A stretch of DNA of 64,000 bases, from the NCBI GenBank assembly GCA_951406725.2, contig OX597832.1, positions 31,558,001 to 31,622,000 of the forward strand. Reading direction: 5' to 3'. Origin of the DNA: Octopus vulgaris. Its lineage: Eukaryota. The notes beneath the pieces were generated by a model. That model had not been told where the DNA came from. It saw nothing but the letters and a program-made list of their open reading frames with translations, and did no database searches. Position 1 is the first letter of the stretch; the number at the start of each line of letters is the position of its first letter. Of this stretch, positions 1 through 13,800 are shown piece after piece. Both the position numbers and the translations under genes were made by a program.

Positions 1-455
1 CGACTTAATATTAAATTGGTTAAAGGCATTTTATTTATTTATTCTATAGCGTATTCACTTAACCCTTTATATGAATAGCGAATTACAAATATTGTATATA
101 CATACATAACTATACATACATACATACATACATACGTACGTACTTACATACATAGATACATACATACATACATACATACATACATACATACGTACTTACA
201 TACATACGTACATACATATACGCAAAACTACACACACACATACACACACTCATATATATACATATACATGTATATGTCTGTAACAATATATCAATATCTT
301 TCTATATGTATTACATATATAATGTATGTGGGCAAGTTTATATATATATATGCATATATATGCGGATAAAATATAAGGTTGTATACATACATACATAATT
401 AATAAATAATACATACATATATACATATATATATATATGCTTATAAGTGTGTATA

Positions 456-514
<59 letters not shown>

Positions 515-807
515 ATGCGTGTGTGTGTGTGTGTATTTATGTATGTATGTCTACGGATACATGTCGACATATATGTGGGAAAGTGCAAACATGTATCTGT
601 ATGTATGTGTGTATGTGTGTATGTGTGTATGTGTATATTCAGGCACTCTTACGCATGTGCGCGTGTTTGTAACATACGAATATGTGAATGCGTGTTTGGA
701 TCAGCAATGTGTGTGTGTATGTGTGTTATCGCTGCATTAGGCCGAGAACAACCATCTTCTCACGAAATATTACTATAATTCCACCCTAAGGCCAAGAAGA
801 TGTTGGC

Positions 808-904
<97 letters not shown>

Positions 905-1708
905 GTGGAGGTGGTGGTGGTGGTGGTTGGTGTTAGTCATATTGTTCTTAGTGGTATTAAAATGGCGCATAATGACGCGGAGCAGGTGCTTGCAGTTGTG
1001 GTTTCGCGCTGGTGTCGGTGGTGGTGGTGTCGTTGATGCTTGCGCTGGCGATGGTGGTGTTGGTGTTGGTGATGGTGGTGTTGGTGGTAGTGTTGGTGGT
1101 GGTGGCGTGGTGTTTATGGCGATATTGTCGTGCTGTGGTATCGCTGTTGTTATTGCTGTTGTCGTGGTTTCATAATGGAATGCGATGCTGTAGTGGTCAG
1201 GTGTTGTTGCGGTATTGCGGTGGTTCTGTGGTGTAGTTCCGGTGTTGTTGTTGTTGTGTTGATGTGGTAGTTGCGGTTGTAGTTTTGTGTTGTGTCCCTG
1301 GCGTTGGCGGATGGCAGCTGTTGTGATGTGTTGTGTCTGTGTTGTTAGGTTCTGTAGCGTTACGACGTTTTGGCGTGGTCGAATGTTGCGTTGTGGCGGT
1401 CATTATGTTCCGGTGGTAGTGGTCGTGGTAGGAGTGGTTTTGGTGCCATAGAAAGAAAACTAAAAACAGAAATGGATGGCAGGGAACGAAAGGAAAGATA
1501 AAGAAGAATATAAGAAAATATGAAGAGGAAAGAAGGTGGAAGAGGAAAAGGAGAAGTCATAGTAGAAGTAGTAGTAGTAGTAGTGATGACGAGATTAAGA
1601 GTAATAAGTGGAAGAAATAGAATTTTAGGGGAGAGAAATGGAAGAAGATGGGAAAGAGATTGAGGGAAACGGATTTTATATGTTTACACACTTATGAATA
1701 TATGGGTG

Positions 1709-1800
<92 letters not shown>

Positions 1801-1805
1801 CTGTG

Positions 1806-1836
<31 letters not shown>

Positions 1837-2704
1837 GTTTGTCTGTCTGTTTGTCTATACGTGTGTTTGTACGTTGTTATATAGATATTTGAGCGTGCGT
1901 GTGTATATATATATATATACATGCGCACATACATACATATACATATGTGTGTATATATGTACACACACATATACATATATACATACATACATACATATGA
2001 TACATCATATATATATATAATTGATGTATCATGGCCTATTTATATCTGTCTGTCTGTCTGTCTACTTACTTGGATTATACAAAATGCACACACACACAGA
2101 CACACACACATACACACACACACACACATTCTTGTCTCTGAATGTATTTATGAACGTACGCATGTGTATATGTATGTAATTATGTGTGGATGTACGTTTC
2201 TCTATAGACACAGCAACAAGTCTCAGAGAGAGAGTGGGGGGGAGAAAGAAAGTAAGTAAGAAAGAAAGGGAGGAAGAAGGAAAGAAAGAAAGAAAGAAAG
2301 GGAGGAAGAAGGAAAGAAAGAAAGAAGGAAAGAAGCTGCGACAGTGAAGACGTCAGTAGCAAATTGACTATTGATAGATACTCCGACATCAGCATAGAAC
2401 TATGGAATGGTCGGATTTATCAAAGACCTTTTCTGAAGATTGGATTAGTGTTTTTGCTTCCACCTGTGTCTGTGTGTCGTCTATTGTCACAATATCTTTC
2501 TCCCTATCCGTCTTTTCCCATTTAATTCAAATGGATACCTATATCCTGCGCGTGCGCATTCCGTATGTATGTGTGTGTGTGTGTGTGTGTTTCTGCAGAA
2601 ATATATGAATGTGTTCATGTGTCTAAATACGCACGCACTCTCTCTCTTTCCCTCTGTCTCTCTCTCACACACACAGTTGTGTGTATATGTACCTATGTAT
2701 TTGC

Positions 2705-2755
<51 letters not shown>

Positions 2756-2827
2756 TTTGTACATTTTGATATATTTATATCTTTCTATCTAACTATATAT
2801 ATATATATATAGGTAGACAGACAGATA

Positions 2828-2883
<56 letters not shown>

Positions 2884-4123
2884 CTTGTGCGTGTATAATA
2901 TGTATATATGTATGTGTGTATGAATGTACGTAGGCGTGAATGTATGTCTGTGCGTGTGAATATATCGCTGTATTTATGTGCAGATTTCGAAATGAAGAAA
3001 TAATCATACCGTGAAACGGTGTCAGTTTGATTCATCTATCAGAATAGAATCTGTCTTTGGAAATGGAAAATCTGCGAAGAAAGAATTGAAGTAAATACAT
3101 AATCCATGTCTTTGAGGATTCCAAAGTCTTAGATACAATGAGAAACTTCATTTTACCAACTTTTGCTTCCTTCTCAAGATGTCGTCAACAATTACTTGTG
3201 TGCCTCTTTCTATATCAACGCTGGTTCCTGAAACAGTCATAGAAATAACGGTGTCAAAAACAGCAGATGTAGCAGCAACAGGGAGTTGTATGTGATTGCC
3301 TGATATGTTAGAAATAGCTGCTAAATCTCTCTCAAATTTACAGCCTGCTATCAAGTATAATGCAAAAAAAAAAAAAAAAGAAAAAATTGAAACCTTCATT
3401 AGCGAATGCAATCGTAGCTAAATTGTGTATTTATCGCAGTGTTTCTTTATTGGCTTCCACGAATACACAGAACAAGGTTGTAACTATATACCGGCGACTA
3501 AGAAGATTATGTGGCATTCATGCCTTTATAAAAGGACATTTAACTGCATTATTACGTTGTTTTCTTGTCAACTGAAGCCACAGCGGAGAAAAGGTGAAAC
3601 TGGAGATGTGGCTATTCTTTATAATCCCATGTGAATTTCAATTAACGCATGTGAAGTAAAATCCGTCTCACGCCCGAGGATTTGAACTTAAATGTGGTTT
3701 TGTCACAATTTTGCTTTTATGAAAAGCCTTCCTGAGAACCTACACGGTTTTAAACGATTCCTTCATATGAAGACATGTCGTAGGAAACAATATCTGAGAA
3801 AGGATCTACAAACAACAAAAAAAGACACCAATTGCTCGTTTATTATATAAAAGCAGAAAAAATCCCAGATGTGTGCGTGAGGCTAAAATAAATGAGATCA
3901 TAAAATGAACGCTTTTCTCACAAATATTGCTGACGAGAGAGTAAAATGATAGAAAATAATTGAATCAGGATTTTGTGGTCATTTCGTTAGAAGTCTTACC
4001 GTTCGTTCTTTACCGTTCACTGCGTCATGTTGGAAGATATAGCAGGAAATACCAGGGAAATAACAAAAAATATGGAGACGCCTACCTCACGTGATCTGCT
4101 GTCACCACTGATGATATCACGAT

Positions 4124-4346
4124 GGCGGCGAGCTGGCAGAAACGTTAGCACACCGGTCGAAATGCTCTGCGGTATTTCGTCTGCCGCTACGTTCAAATTC
4201 CGCCGAGGTCGACTTTGCCTTTCATCTTTTCGGGGTCGATTAAATAAGTACCAGTTACGCATTGGGGTCGATATAATCGACTTAATCCGTTTGTCTGTCC
4301 TTGTTTGTCCTCTCTGTGTTTACCCCTTGTGGGTAGTAAAGAAATA
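4124..4346 (+). mobile_element. tRNA-derived SINE, family A (GGCGGCGAGCTGGCAGAA head), near full length
   Basis: Head with B-box-like GTTCAAATTCC, central block GTCGACTTTGCCTTTCATC..GGGGTCGAT..AAGTACCAG and tail ..TAAAGAAATA. Flanked by an 11-bp TSD GATATCACGAT (4113-4123 and 4347-4357). Homologous copies at 13801, 37255-37905 and 46370. Confidence 0.9.
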
Positions 4347-4958
4347 GATATCACGATCACACGGTACAACAGTAGCAGTTCAGCAAGGGGGAGATAAGTT
4401 TTACTAAAATTATATCCAGGTGGAGCTGTTGATCTGAATACTGTAAATAAAGAGGCCAAAAAAAGAAGAAAAACATGATCAATCTTTTATCTCTAATAGA
4501 TTATTCAGGAAAAGTGGGAAGTGGGGTTGTGTAACTTTTGCTGGTCACGCACCCACAAACCAGATATGTGGTCAACGAACTGTCTGAAATATTTGCAGGA
4601 CAATCGTGAACAGAGAAAGACCAATGGATTTGGTGTAAATATATTTTGCCCTATACACGGGGAGACCAGTTGCTAGTGTTAAACAGGGTGATGTTTTATG
4701 TCTCCTACACAAATTGTTGTTCCTACTGTTTATAGGAGGGAGTCATAGCTAGCTTCAGTTGAGAATTAAAGGGATTTGCGAAGCAAATATAAACTCACTC
4801 ACATTAAATATATAAGTTGACGGTTTCATTTTGTTTATTTGTTTGGTTGTTTGATTCCTTCTTTCTTTCTTTGTTTCTTTGTTTCTTTCACTCACTTGCT
4901 AAATATATATATACCGCTTTCTCTACCCGCGCTCTCTCTCTCAATTTAGCAATCTATG

Positions 4959-5004
<46 letters not shown>

Positions 5005-6003
5005 CTCCTCCCCTATTTAACCATCAGGAACTTTGCGAAAGCGAAAAACGACAAAGCAATGACTTAACATGGCGCTTCTGTTGCTGCTTCACAGCTCGAC
5101 GACGACGACCACCACGACCACCACCACCACCGCCTCCACCCCCCCTATCAGCTTATTACATCTGTGAATCTCGGTGACATTTAACGGTTTCACTGCCGTT
5201 GGAGACACGTCATGGCAAAGCCAGCCATCAGTCGGTTGTTCTCCGCTGAATGAAATAACAGATTGTTTCAAGTAAAATCCCCACAAGGGAGGAGGTGGAG
5301 GTGGAAAACAAAAATAAAAAACAAACAAACACACAAACAAACAACCAAAACAGAAAACTTCACAGAGATATTTCGTGATCTTTTCACACAATGCTTTATT
5401 TTAAACCCCTAAATAAACGACCTCCTATATTTTATGCAGCGAAAGAGTAAACCCTGAAAATCGTGACATTCAGGGTTTTTTTTTTTTTAATATTTTTATT
5501 ATATTTTATCTCAAGGACGTTTAAGAGAGAAAACGGAATAAAAAACAACAGCTTCAAGCATGACTCGAAACCGGACCGCAAATTCATTTCCTGCTGCAAG
5601 TTGCTCTGGTCTTAAATGTTTATTGTTCAATTTAATATTTCATCGATAACATATTTTTATAAATTTCTTTAGCTCGAAGGAAATTATTGATTTCTGACCT
5701 AAGCACGAGGCTAACCTCTCAAGGTTAATAACCGACCGGGAACTTCCTCCGCTTTCGCTGTAATCTGTTGTTGTTGTTTTGTTGTAATGCTTGTTGTTGT
5801 TGTTGTTGTTGTTGTTGCAGAAGTGCATGTTATTTTTTTTTTGTATTGAAGCAAGGTTTGTTGTTGTTGTATTAAATAATGCTTATTGTCGTTTGCTGTC
5901 GTCGTTGTTGTTGTTGTTGTTGTTGTTGTTGAGTTTGTTACAGCAATGCTTTATATTTTTGGCTCTGCAGAAAAATTCTGTCGATTCTGTTGAAGCAATG
6001 CTT

Positions 6004-6075
6004 CTAGTAGTAGTAGTAGTAGTAGTAGTAGAAGCAGCAGCAGCTAGTAGTAGTAGTAGTAGAAGCAGCAGCAGC

Positions 6076-6108
<33 letters not shown>

Positions 6109-6195
6109 AAGCAGCAGCAGCAGCTAGTAGTAGTAGTAGTAGTAGTAGTAGTAGAAGCAGCAGCAGCAGCTAGTAGTAGTAGTAGTAGTAGTAGA

Positions 6196-6266
<71 letters not shown>

Positions 6267-6305
6267 AAGCAGCAGCAGCAGCTAGTAGTAGTTGTAGTCG
6301 TAGTC

Positions 6306-6338
<33 letters not shown>
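6004..6338. repeat. Compound (TAG)n/(CAG)n trinucleotide repeat with recurring GAAGCAGCAGCAGCTAG junction
   Basis: Read directly from the sequence. Confidence 0.95.
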
Positions 6339-6339
<1 letters not shown>

Positions 6340-6479
6340 GGGAACATGTGGTGTACCAGTATGCTGCTGCGTTCATCGTTCGTTGGTGATTCCCTTCTTT
6401 TCCTGGCAGATGGCGCCATTGCCCCATTTAGGCAAGAACCCTCCAACCCATGGGTCCGCCTGGGGAGTCATTACTGATG

Positions 6480-6690
6480 AAAGTGTTTACGAGGTCAGAG
6501 TGCAAATCCTACATCCGATCTGTTTTTAGTCACCTTTTACGACACGCAGAGGAAATATTGGGTCTAGTCTTTGGTTGTCGGTTCATACACAGCCCTAGAA
6601 CAGCAACGTGAAATGAAGTGTTTTGCTCAAGAACATAACACGCTGCTCCTTCCGGGAATGGAAGCCACAGTCTGGCGAACAGTTAAAATA
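6480..6690 (-). mobile_element. Decayed SINE, family C-like head
   Basis: GCAACGTGAAATGAAGTGTTTTGCTCAAGAACA at ~6603-6635 is shared with 12661, 30886 and 52790. Motif TGTCGTAAAAGGTGACTAA on the minus strand (6526-6544) resembles a conserved central domain of invertebrate SINEs (from memory, unverified). Confidence 0.55.
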
Positions 6691-7321
6691 TGCAAGACTT
6701 TTCTCAAGTTCCAAATATTACTTTCTTCTTGTTGTTCACGTCTCAACGATGGAACTTTGTATCTTTGTAAAAAAACGTGCCCCTTCCTCACAGGAAGACT
6801 TCAAATAATTAAAAGTAGAACCGAATGTACAAAAACGCGTGTTCCCAATAACACAGGCCATAATCTTAATTACCACGTATATTTTTTACAATAAAGAAAA
6901 CGACAACTAGATCAATACACACACTTTATATCGAATACCACACAAATGAACATATTGATTGGAATTTCTTCACCAAGGTTCTATTTTTCAAACAATTACC
7001 AAGTGTTCATTTAAATAGTTCAACAATGGTTCCAACCAATATCTCAAGAAGATCCGTCCGATACTGAAATGTCAATCTATGGAATTCTCGAGAAATTCTT
7101 CGAAAATTCAAAATATTTTTCATTTCTTTTCTTTCCACTCGTTGTTTTAAGAGTCAGCTGATGAGATCAAACTAATTTGCAGAGAAGACAGTTGAAAAGA
7201 AAACAAAAGAAATATTTAACAACAACCAAAACTCGGCTGAAGAACCCCCACCTATTGATTTAGGAAAACAAAGCTTCCGATGAATGGTATATAGTGTCTG
7301 TTTGTCTGTCTGTCTGTCTGT

Positions 7322-7510
7322 CTTTTATTTGTTTCAGTCATTTGACTGCGGCCATGCTGGAACATCGCCTTTAGTCGAACAAATCGAACATAGGACTTAT
7401 TCTTTGTAAGTCTGGTACTTATTCTATCGGTCTCCTTGCGGAACCGCTAAGTTGCGGGGACGTAAACAAACCAACATCGGTTTTCAAGCGATGGTAGGGG
7501 ACAAACATAG

Positions 7511-7552
<42 letters not shown>

Positions 7553-7599
7553 GTCAAGTAATGGTGGGGGACAAACATAGACACACAAATATATATATA

Positions 7600-7654
<55 letters not shown>

Positions 7655-7968
7655 GTGTCTATATATATATATATATTTGTGTGTCTATGTTTGTCCCCCA
7701 CCATCGCTTGACAACCGATGTTGGTGTGTTTACGTCCCCGTAACTTAGCGGTTCCGCAAGGAGTCCGATAGAATAAGTAACAGGCTTACAATATATATTT
7801 ATATACGCCGGGCTTCTTTCAGTTTCCATCTATCAAATCCACTCACAAGGCTTCGGTCGGCCCGAGGCTGTAGTAGAATGCACTTGCCCAAAGTGCCACA
7901 CAGTGGGACTGAACCCGGAACTATGTGGTTGGGAAGTAAGCTACTTACCACACAGCCATACCTGAACC
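7322..7968 (-). mobile_element. Bipartite CORE-like SINE, family B (head + internal microsatellite + tail), with internal inverted duplication
   Basis: Tail (reverse of ..GCATGGCCGCAGTCAAATGACTGAAACAA) at 7322-7516 and head (reverse of GGCTGTGTGGTAAG..GGTTCAGTCCCAC..TTGGGCAAGTG) at ~7805-7968, matching the plus-strand copies at 25058, 27842 and 49145. Confidence 0.9.
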
Positions 7969-8110
7969 TATATATAGGCATCTTAATTTAGGAGCCCTTA
8001 ATTGTATAACTACATGAATAATATTTTTCTATATGAATAATATTTTTGTCTTATGACTAATTCGTCTTTTGTGCTGGGCACCTGGTAGTAAATAATATTA
8101 CTACCCTTCT

Positions 8111-8140
<30 letters not shown>

Positions 8141-8143
<3 letters not shown>

Positions 8144-8351
8144 CGTTTGGGGATTTGGTTTGCAAGGTTCTTTATGTGACTTCCTGTGTTGAATCATATT
8201 CTGTTGTGTCTGGGGAGAGTCGTTATTATTTAAGACACTCAAGACGCAACGAAAATTTTAGAAAAATAAAAAAGAAATAAGTGGAATTTTTACCGGTGAG
8301 TGTATTAAATTATAAGGCATCAAAAAAGAATGACTCTCCCCAGACACAACA

Positions 8352-8357
<6 letters not shown>
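8141..8357. mobile_element. Foldback/MITE-like element embedded in (AT)n
   Basis: Perfect 26-bp inverted repeat ATATTCTGTTGTGTCTGGGGAGAGTC (8196-8221) / GACTCTCCCCAGACACAACAGAATAT (8332-8357). (AT)n on both sides; a related fragment lies at 57022-57080. Confidence 0.65.
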
Positions 8358-8391
<34 letters not shown>

Positions 8392-8622
8392 TCTCTGCTG
8401 GGAGTGACCACTCATAAGGGGATCTTACATTACTTATAAACTCTATATTTGGAAGGACTCGTTTTAAACTCTGTTGGACTCTTGGACTTTACTCAAAGGA
8501 TATTGGAATATTACACGAATATACCATTATGCCTATAAAACGGATTTACAAATCCAATACCCATAGATATCTTGCATCCATTTTCTTTTCTCTATTTTGT
8601 ATCACATCTAAAAAATTCTCAT

Positions 8623-8693
<71 letters not shown>

Positions 8694-8713
8694 CCTACCT
8701 ATCTATCCACCTG

Positions 8714-8784
<71 letters not shown>

Positions 8785-8803
8785 CTCTCTCTCTCTCTCT
8801 CTC

Positions 8804-8851
<48 letters not shown>

Positions 8852-8864
8852 AATACACACACAG

Positions 8865-8905
8865 AGTCTGACGATGGCTTAACTGACTGAAACTTCGAAG
8901 TCACT
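8865..8905 (+). ncRNA. Minimal type-I hammerhead-ribozyme-like motif (helix II degenerate)
   Basis: AGT-CTGACGA-tggcttaactgact-GAAA-CTTCGAAG(palindrome)-TC-ACT; AATAAA at 8931-8936. Confidence 0.5.
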
Positions 8906-9099
8906 ACCAATTATGTTCTTGTTGATGATTAATAAATTTGTACTCAACAAAAGTATGGAGGAGCGACCCATCAGATTAACGTAAAACGTCTTTTCTTATA
9001 ACTGAACATAAAAGCAAACCATTAACTTAATATAAATGCAAATAAATATTTGTTTGTATGTAAACTCACACACAGATGTCTAGATACGTGTATATATAA

Positions 9100-9139
<40 letters not shown>

Positions 9140-10154
9140 GCACACAAAGATGTCTATTTGTAGAAATGTTCCTACAGTGGAAGAGTTGTTGTCGTTGATG
9201 TGGTTGGTGTTGCTGGTTGCCATAATGCTTGCAATAGTCCCCTACCGTTATTGTCCCTTTTTCTCCGTGTTGCCATTTATGATACTGCAGTAGTAGTTGT
9301 AGCAGCAGCAGTCGTCGTCGTAGTGGTAGTAGTAGTAGTAGTAGTGGTAGTTATGTATGTGTTGAATGGTTTTTGTAAGAAGCGATGGTGATAGCTGTCA
9401 ATAAACCACCAGACGAATTTAAAAGATGTCAAAAATGCAAGTGAAGGATAATGATGATGGTGTTGTTGATGATGATGATGATGATGAAAATAATAATTAC
9501 ACCAACAATGAAAGCAACAACAACAAAAACGACGACGACGATGATGGTGATGATGAAGATGATAATACCAAGAAGATGAAAAAATGAAGGTAAAAAGAAA
9601 ATAATAAGAAATGTAGAAGAGAGTAAGGGGGGAGAAAAGGAGGAGGAGGAGGAGGATGAGGATGAAGGTGAGAGAGGAATAGAGTAGGGGGGAGAAGAAA
9701 AGTGTAGAAGGAGGGAAAGAAGAAAAGCGAAATAAACGAAGGTTGGATGAGAAGGAAAATCTGTACGACGGATCTTTGGAGGAATATTTTTAGCGTTGTG
9801 AAGGATAATTCATGATTATTCAGCGATATCCATCGTTCTTAAAGAATCTGCGACATTGGCATTCGTTATTTTTCACTCAACACATGAGATCCTATTCGGC
9901 CAGTGAAGACGAAAAAATATCGCAGCCCACCATGCCGCCCCCCTGTCACATTTAATCTGGAAGATCACGATCAAAAGAATGCTCGATGAAGTAGAAGTGA
10001 AAGCATTCTCGTAAAGTCCGCTTCCTGCTCGACCGGAGCACGTTGCTGCCGTCTTCGTTTCTCAAAAAAGCTACACATATTCAAACAGTCGACTCTTATC
10101 TCTGGACAAGAATTAACAAAATTCCAGTTAATGCAATTCTGAATTAAGCTGTTA

Positions 10155-10225
<71 letters not shown>

Positions 10226-10598
10226 CACATCTACACACATGCACACACACACATATACGCAAACACACACATGCACATCTACATACACACACATGAACAC
10301 GCATATATATATGCTATACACATATATATATGTGTGTGTGTGTATATATGTGCACACAAATATATATGTATATAATGATACATTCACACAAGCTCTTACT
10401 CTCTCTCTCTCTCTCTCTCTTCTTTCTCTCTCTCACACACAAATATACATACGAACAAGTATAGAGAAATGTGTACAGATATGCGTGTGCTTCTGTGTGC
10501 ACGTTGTGCTCATTCACACAGATAGAGCTGTGTGCTTGCGTGTACGAAATGCATCGCTATTTCTAGAGTTCCAATAAAATCAAACTCTTTCGCGCGCA

Positions 10599-10651
<53 letters not shown>

Positions 10652-10761
10652 ACAAACACATACACACATACAGAGAAGCAGCTATATGCATACATGAATA
10701 CATACATGAATACATACATATGTGATCTCTAAGTACATATATATATATGTGTATATGTAAT

Positions 10762-10844
<83 letters not shown>

Positions 10845-10906
10845 GAGTGTGTGTGTGTGTGTATGCGTGCGTATATGAATATGTATATGTATATATATAT
10901 GCATAT

Positions 10907-10964
<58 letters not shown>

Positions 10965-11532
10965 GTGTGTGTATATGAATATATATATATTTGTACACAC
11001 ATACATATATATATATATGCACGTGTGTTTGTGTATATATATATATATTTATATATGTGTGTGTATATGAATATGTATATGTATATATGTATGCATATAT
11101 ACATGTATATATATATATATGTACACACATACAATACATATATATATGCGTGTGTGTTTGTGTGCATATATATATATATATATACACACACATATACACA
11201 CATATGTATATGGATAAAGACATGCATAGAGCGCACATGTCTAAATTCCCAATGCTTGCAAACATGTTAATATGTTTTCGCAATGGCAATAATAATTCTT
11301 CAGGTAGTGAACATTTTCAATTTTGGTCATCAAAGAACGCGTCTTTTGAATTTAACAAGCAAAGTGTTATTGACCAGTCGCCTACAAACCGCTTCGCCAG
11401 ATTTCGCATACAAACACTTAGAAGCGCCCGACATTATCGATCCATATCGATTTTCCATCGGTCCTACAGTCCTCTGAAATTCTTTGATCCAGTCCGGAGC
11501 TTTCCGAAAACACCTGCGTGAATGTGCGCAAT

Positions 11533-11533
<1 letters not shown>

Positions 11534-11628
<95 letters not shown>

Positions 11629-11660
11629 TATGTGTGCGTATGTGTGTGTGTGTGTGTGTG
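11534..11660. repeat. (TG)n microsatellite
   Basis: Read directly from the sequence. Confidence 0.97.
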
Positions 11661-12330
11661 CATATTCACAAAAACAGCGTCTGCAAGCGAGTTTCGACAG
11701 CCATTCAAATACGACGCGCGCTCTTACACTTGTAGACACACATATCCGCTCGCGTACACGTGCAAACACACACGCACACACACGCACAGACACATACACA
11801 CGCTCGGACACAAACACCGCGGACACACACACACTAAAGATTATATTTGTAATGAAAGTGGACATATATTGCATGTTTTGAAATGCAGATGTAACTATTT
11901 TCTATTCAGGTATGTATGTGTGGTGGCGGTCGTGGCGTGGTGCGCTTTGATACACACACACATACACACACACATACGTGTATATATTCTTTTCATTACT
12001 GAAGCCGATAAATGATTTTCACAAATTGTTACCCAGAGTTTCACGTGAGCGTTCATCAGACAGTTTTTACAAAACACATTAATGCAATACTTTATACAAT
12101 CTATGTTTATGTATATACACACACAGTCACACACACACAAACACACACACACACACACATGCATACGCGTGCGCGAACACACACGCGAACAGATACGCGG
12201 GCACATAAATATATATAAACAGTGAATAATGTATATGTATATATATATATTTAAATATATATATTTGTGTGGGTATGTATTATTTTTGAGTGTGTGTACG
12301 TATAGATATGTACGTATGTATATGTACGTG

Positions 12331-12379
<49 letters not shown>

Positions 12380-12466
12380 ACGTAACAGGGAAAGGTAGAG
12401 ACACATATAGATAGACAGATAGATAGATACACAGACAGATAGATAGGTAGGTAGGTAGATAGATAA

Positions 12467-12545
<79 letters not shown>

Positions 12546-12660
12546 CATATCGGTTTAGTCGCTCATTCTACTCCTGTTTGAAAAAGGTGTTATAAACTGA
12601 AGCTCTCCGTTGGTATCCAATGGCTGATGCAACTTGGCAGCATTGACGTCGTAACTCGTT

Positions 12661-12770
12661 TCAACGAGAAATGAAGAGCCTTGCTCAAGAACACGACACA
12701 CAGCCCGGTCGGGAATTCGAACTCACTACCTCATGATTCTGATCCCGACGCTCTAACCACCGAACTATGT

Positions 12771-12773
<3 letters not shown>
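12661..12773 (-). mobile_element. SINE family C head fragment
   Basis: CAACGAGAAATGAAGAGCCTTGCTCAAGAACAC..GGGAATTCGAACTC..CTCTAACCAC is the reverse of a tRNA-like head with A/B boxes. Confidence 0.7.
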
Positions 12774-12824
<51 letters not shown>

Positions 12825-12835
12825 CATACATATAT

Positions 12836-12866
<31 letters not shown>

Positions 12867-12878
12867 TGTATGTATATA

Positions 12879-12930
<52 letters not shown>

Positions 12931-13359
12931 TTGTGTGTGTATAGCACTTGTCTGTATATGTTGTGGACACTTCTGTGCATCCGTATTACCCGTTATATAC
13001 TATTTGAAGCATGCGTGTTCTTGATGAGATATTTTGTTTAACTCTTCTTCCAGTCCCCGCCCCGTCCCTTTCCGCACATCACATTATGTTAATGTACATC
13101 CCCAACCGCTCCGTCACGTTTAACACTGGCCACAATTTACGCTACAGTTCTTCACTACTTCTTTGTATTTATGTGTTGTTGCTACTTGAAGTGATACGAT
13201 GCGAACAGTGATGCACATAGTGTCGGTATTTAACACTTAGCTCAACTCTGGTGCTCGGATCATACTGATTAGGTTTTTCAGCCGTTACCACCATCCTGCC
13301 TACTTTGTATATCATGGACTACATCATCCATATGGCCTTCTATGCTGTCGTTTTGCCTC

Positions 13360-13480
13360 GGATCTGTTTGCATCTGTTAGTCACGATCAGGGGTTTTCCA
13401 ACCGTTATCAGGTATTCTTGTGCATTTGTTGTAATTTATATATTATGTTCTTTCGTGAAAATATGTGGTTTAGTGTATTG
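13360..13480 (-). pseudogene. Decayed GIY-YIG endonuclease-like fragment (Penelope-like element remnant)
   Basis: Minus-strand translation across frameshifts gives KNIIYKL / NKC / QEYLITVGKPL, resembling the N-V-I-Y..C..C...Y-I-G-E-T-G-R-P-L pattern of Penelope GIY-YIG domains. Confidence 0.4.
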
Positions 13481-13800
13481 GGGTCACGATCTTAATGCTG
13501 TGGGTTAGATTATTGCATCGGAAAGCTTGTTTTGTCCTTGAATATGGTTCATCATTCCAGTCATTCAAATCTACTCAACTGAAAATACACAGCATCCTAG
13601 TGCTGTGGTGTAACCGTCTCTCTCCTGTCAGCCGTAACATCTTAAATGTGCCACGGGATCAACATTTGGAGGTTTTAGAAGACGATTATAACTCCTCGCA
13701 ACACTATTCAGTCGCCTTAAAATAATTACCGGCAGCATGATGCATGCCATCGTGTCAGATCCGCTTGCTTGCGTGTGATAGCTATAGATTATTTATTTCT

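Noticed and set aside
6474-6500. CTGATGA box (also at ~7158)
   Set aside because: No correctly placed GAAA/UH; expected by chance.
10871-11120. ~55-bp direct duplication with ~192-bp period
   Set aside because: Entirely within TA/TG low-complexity DNA; ordinary slippage.
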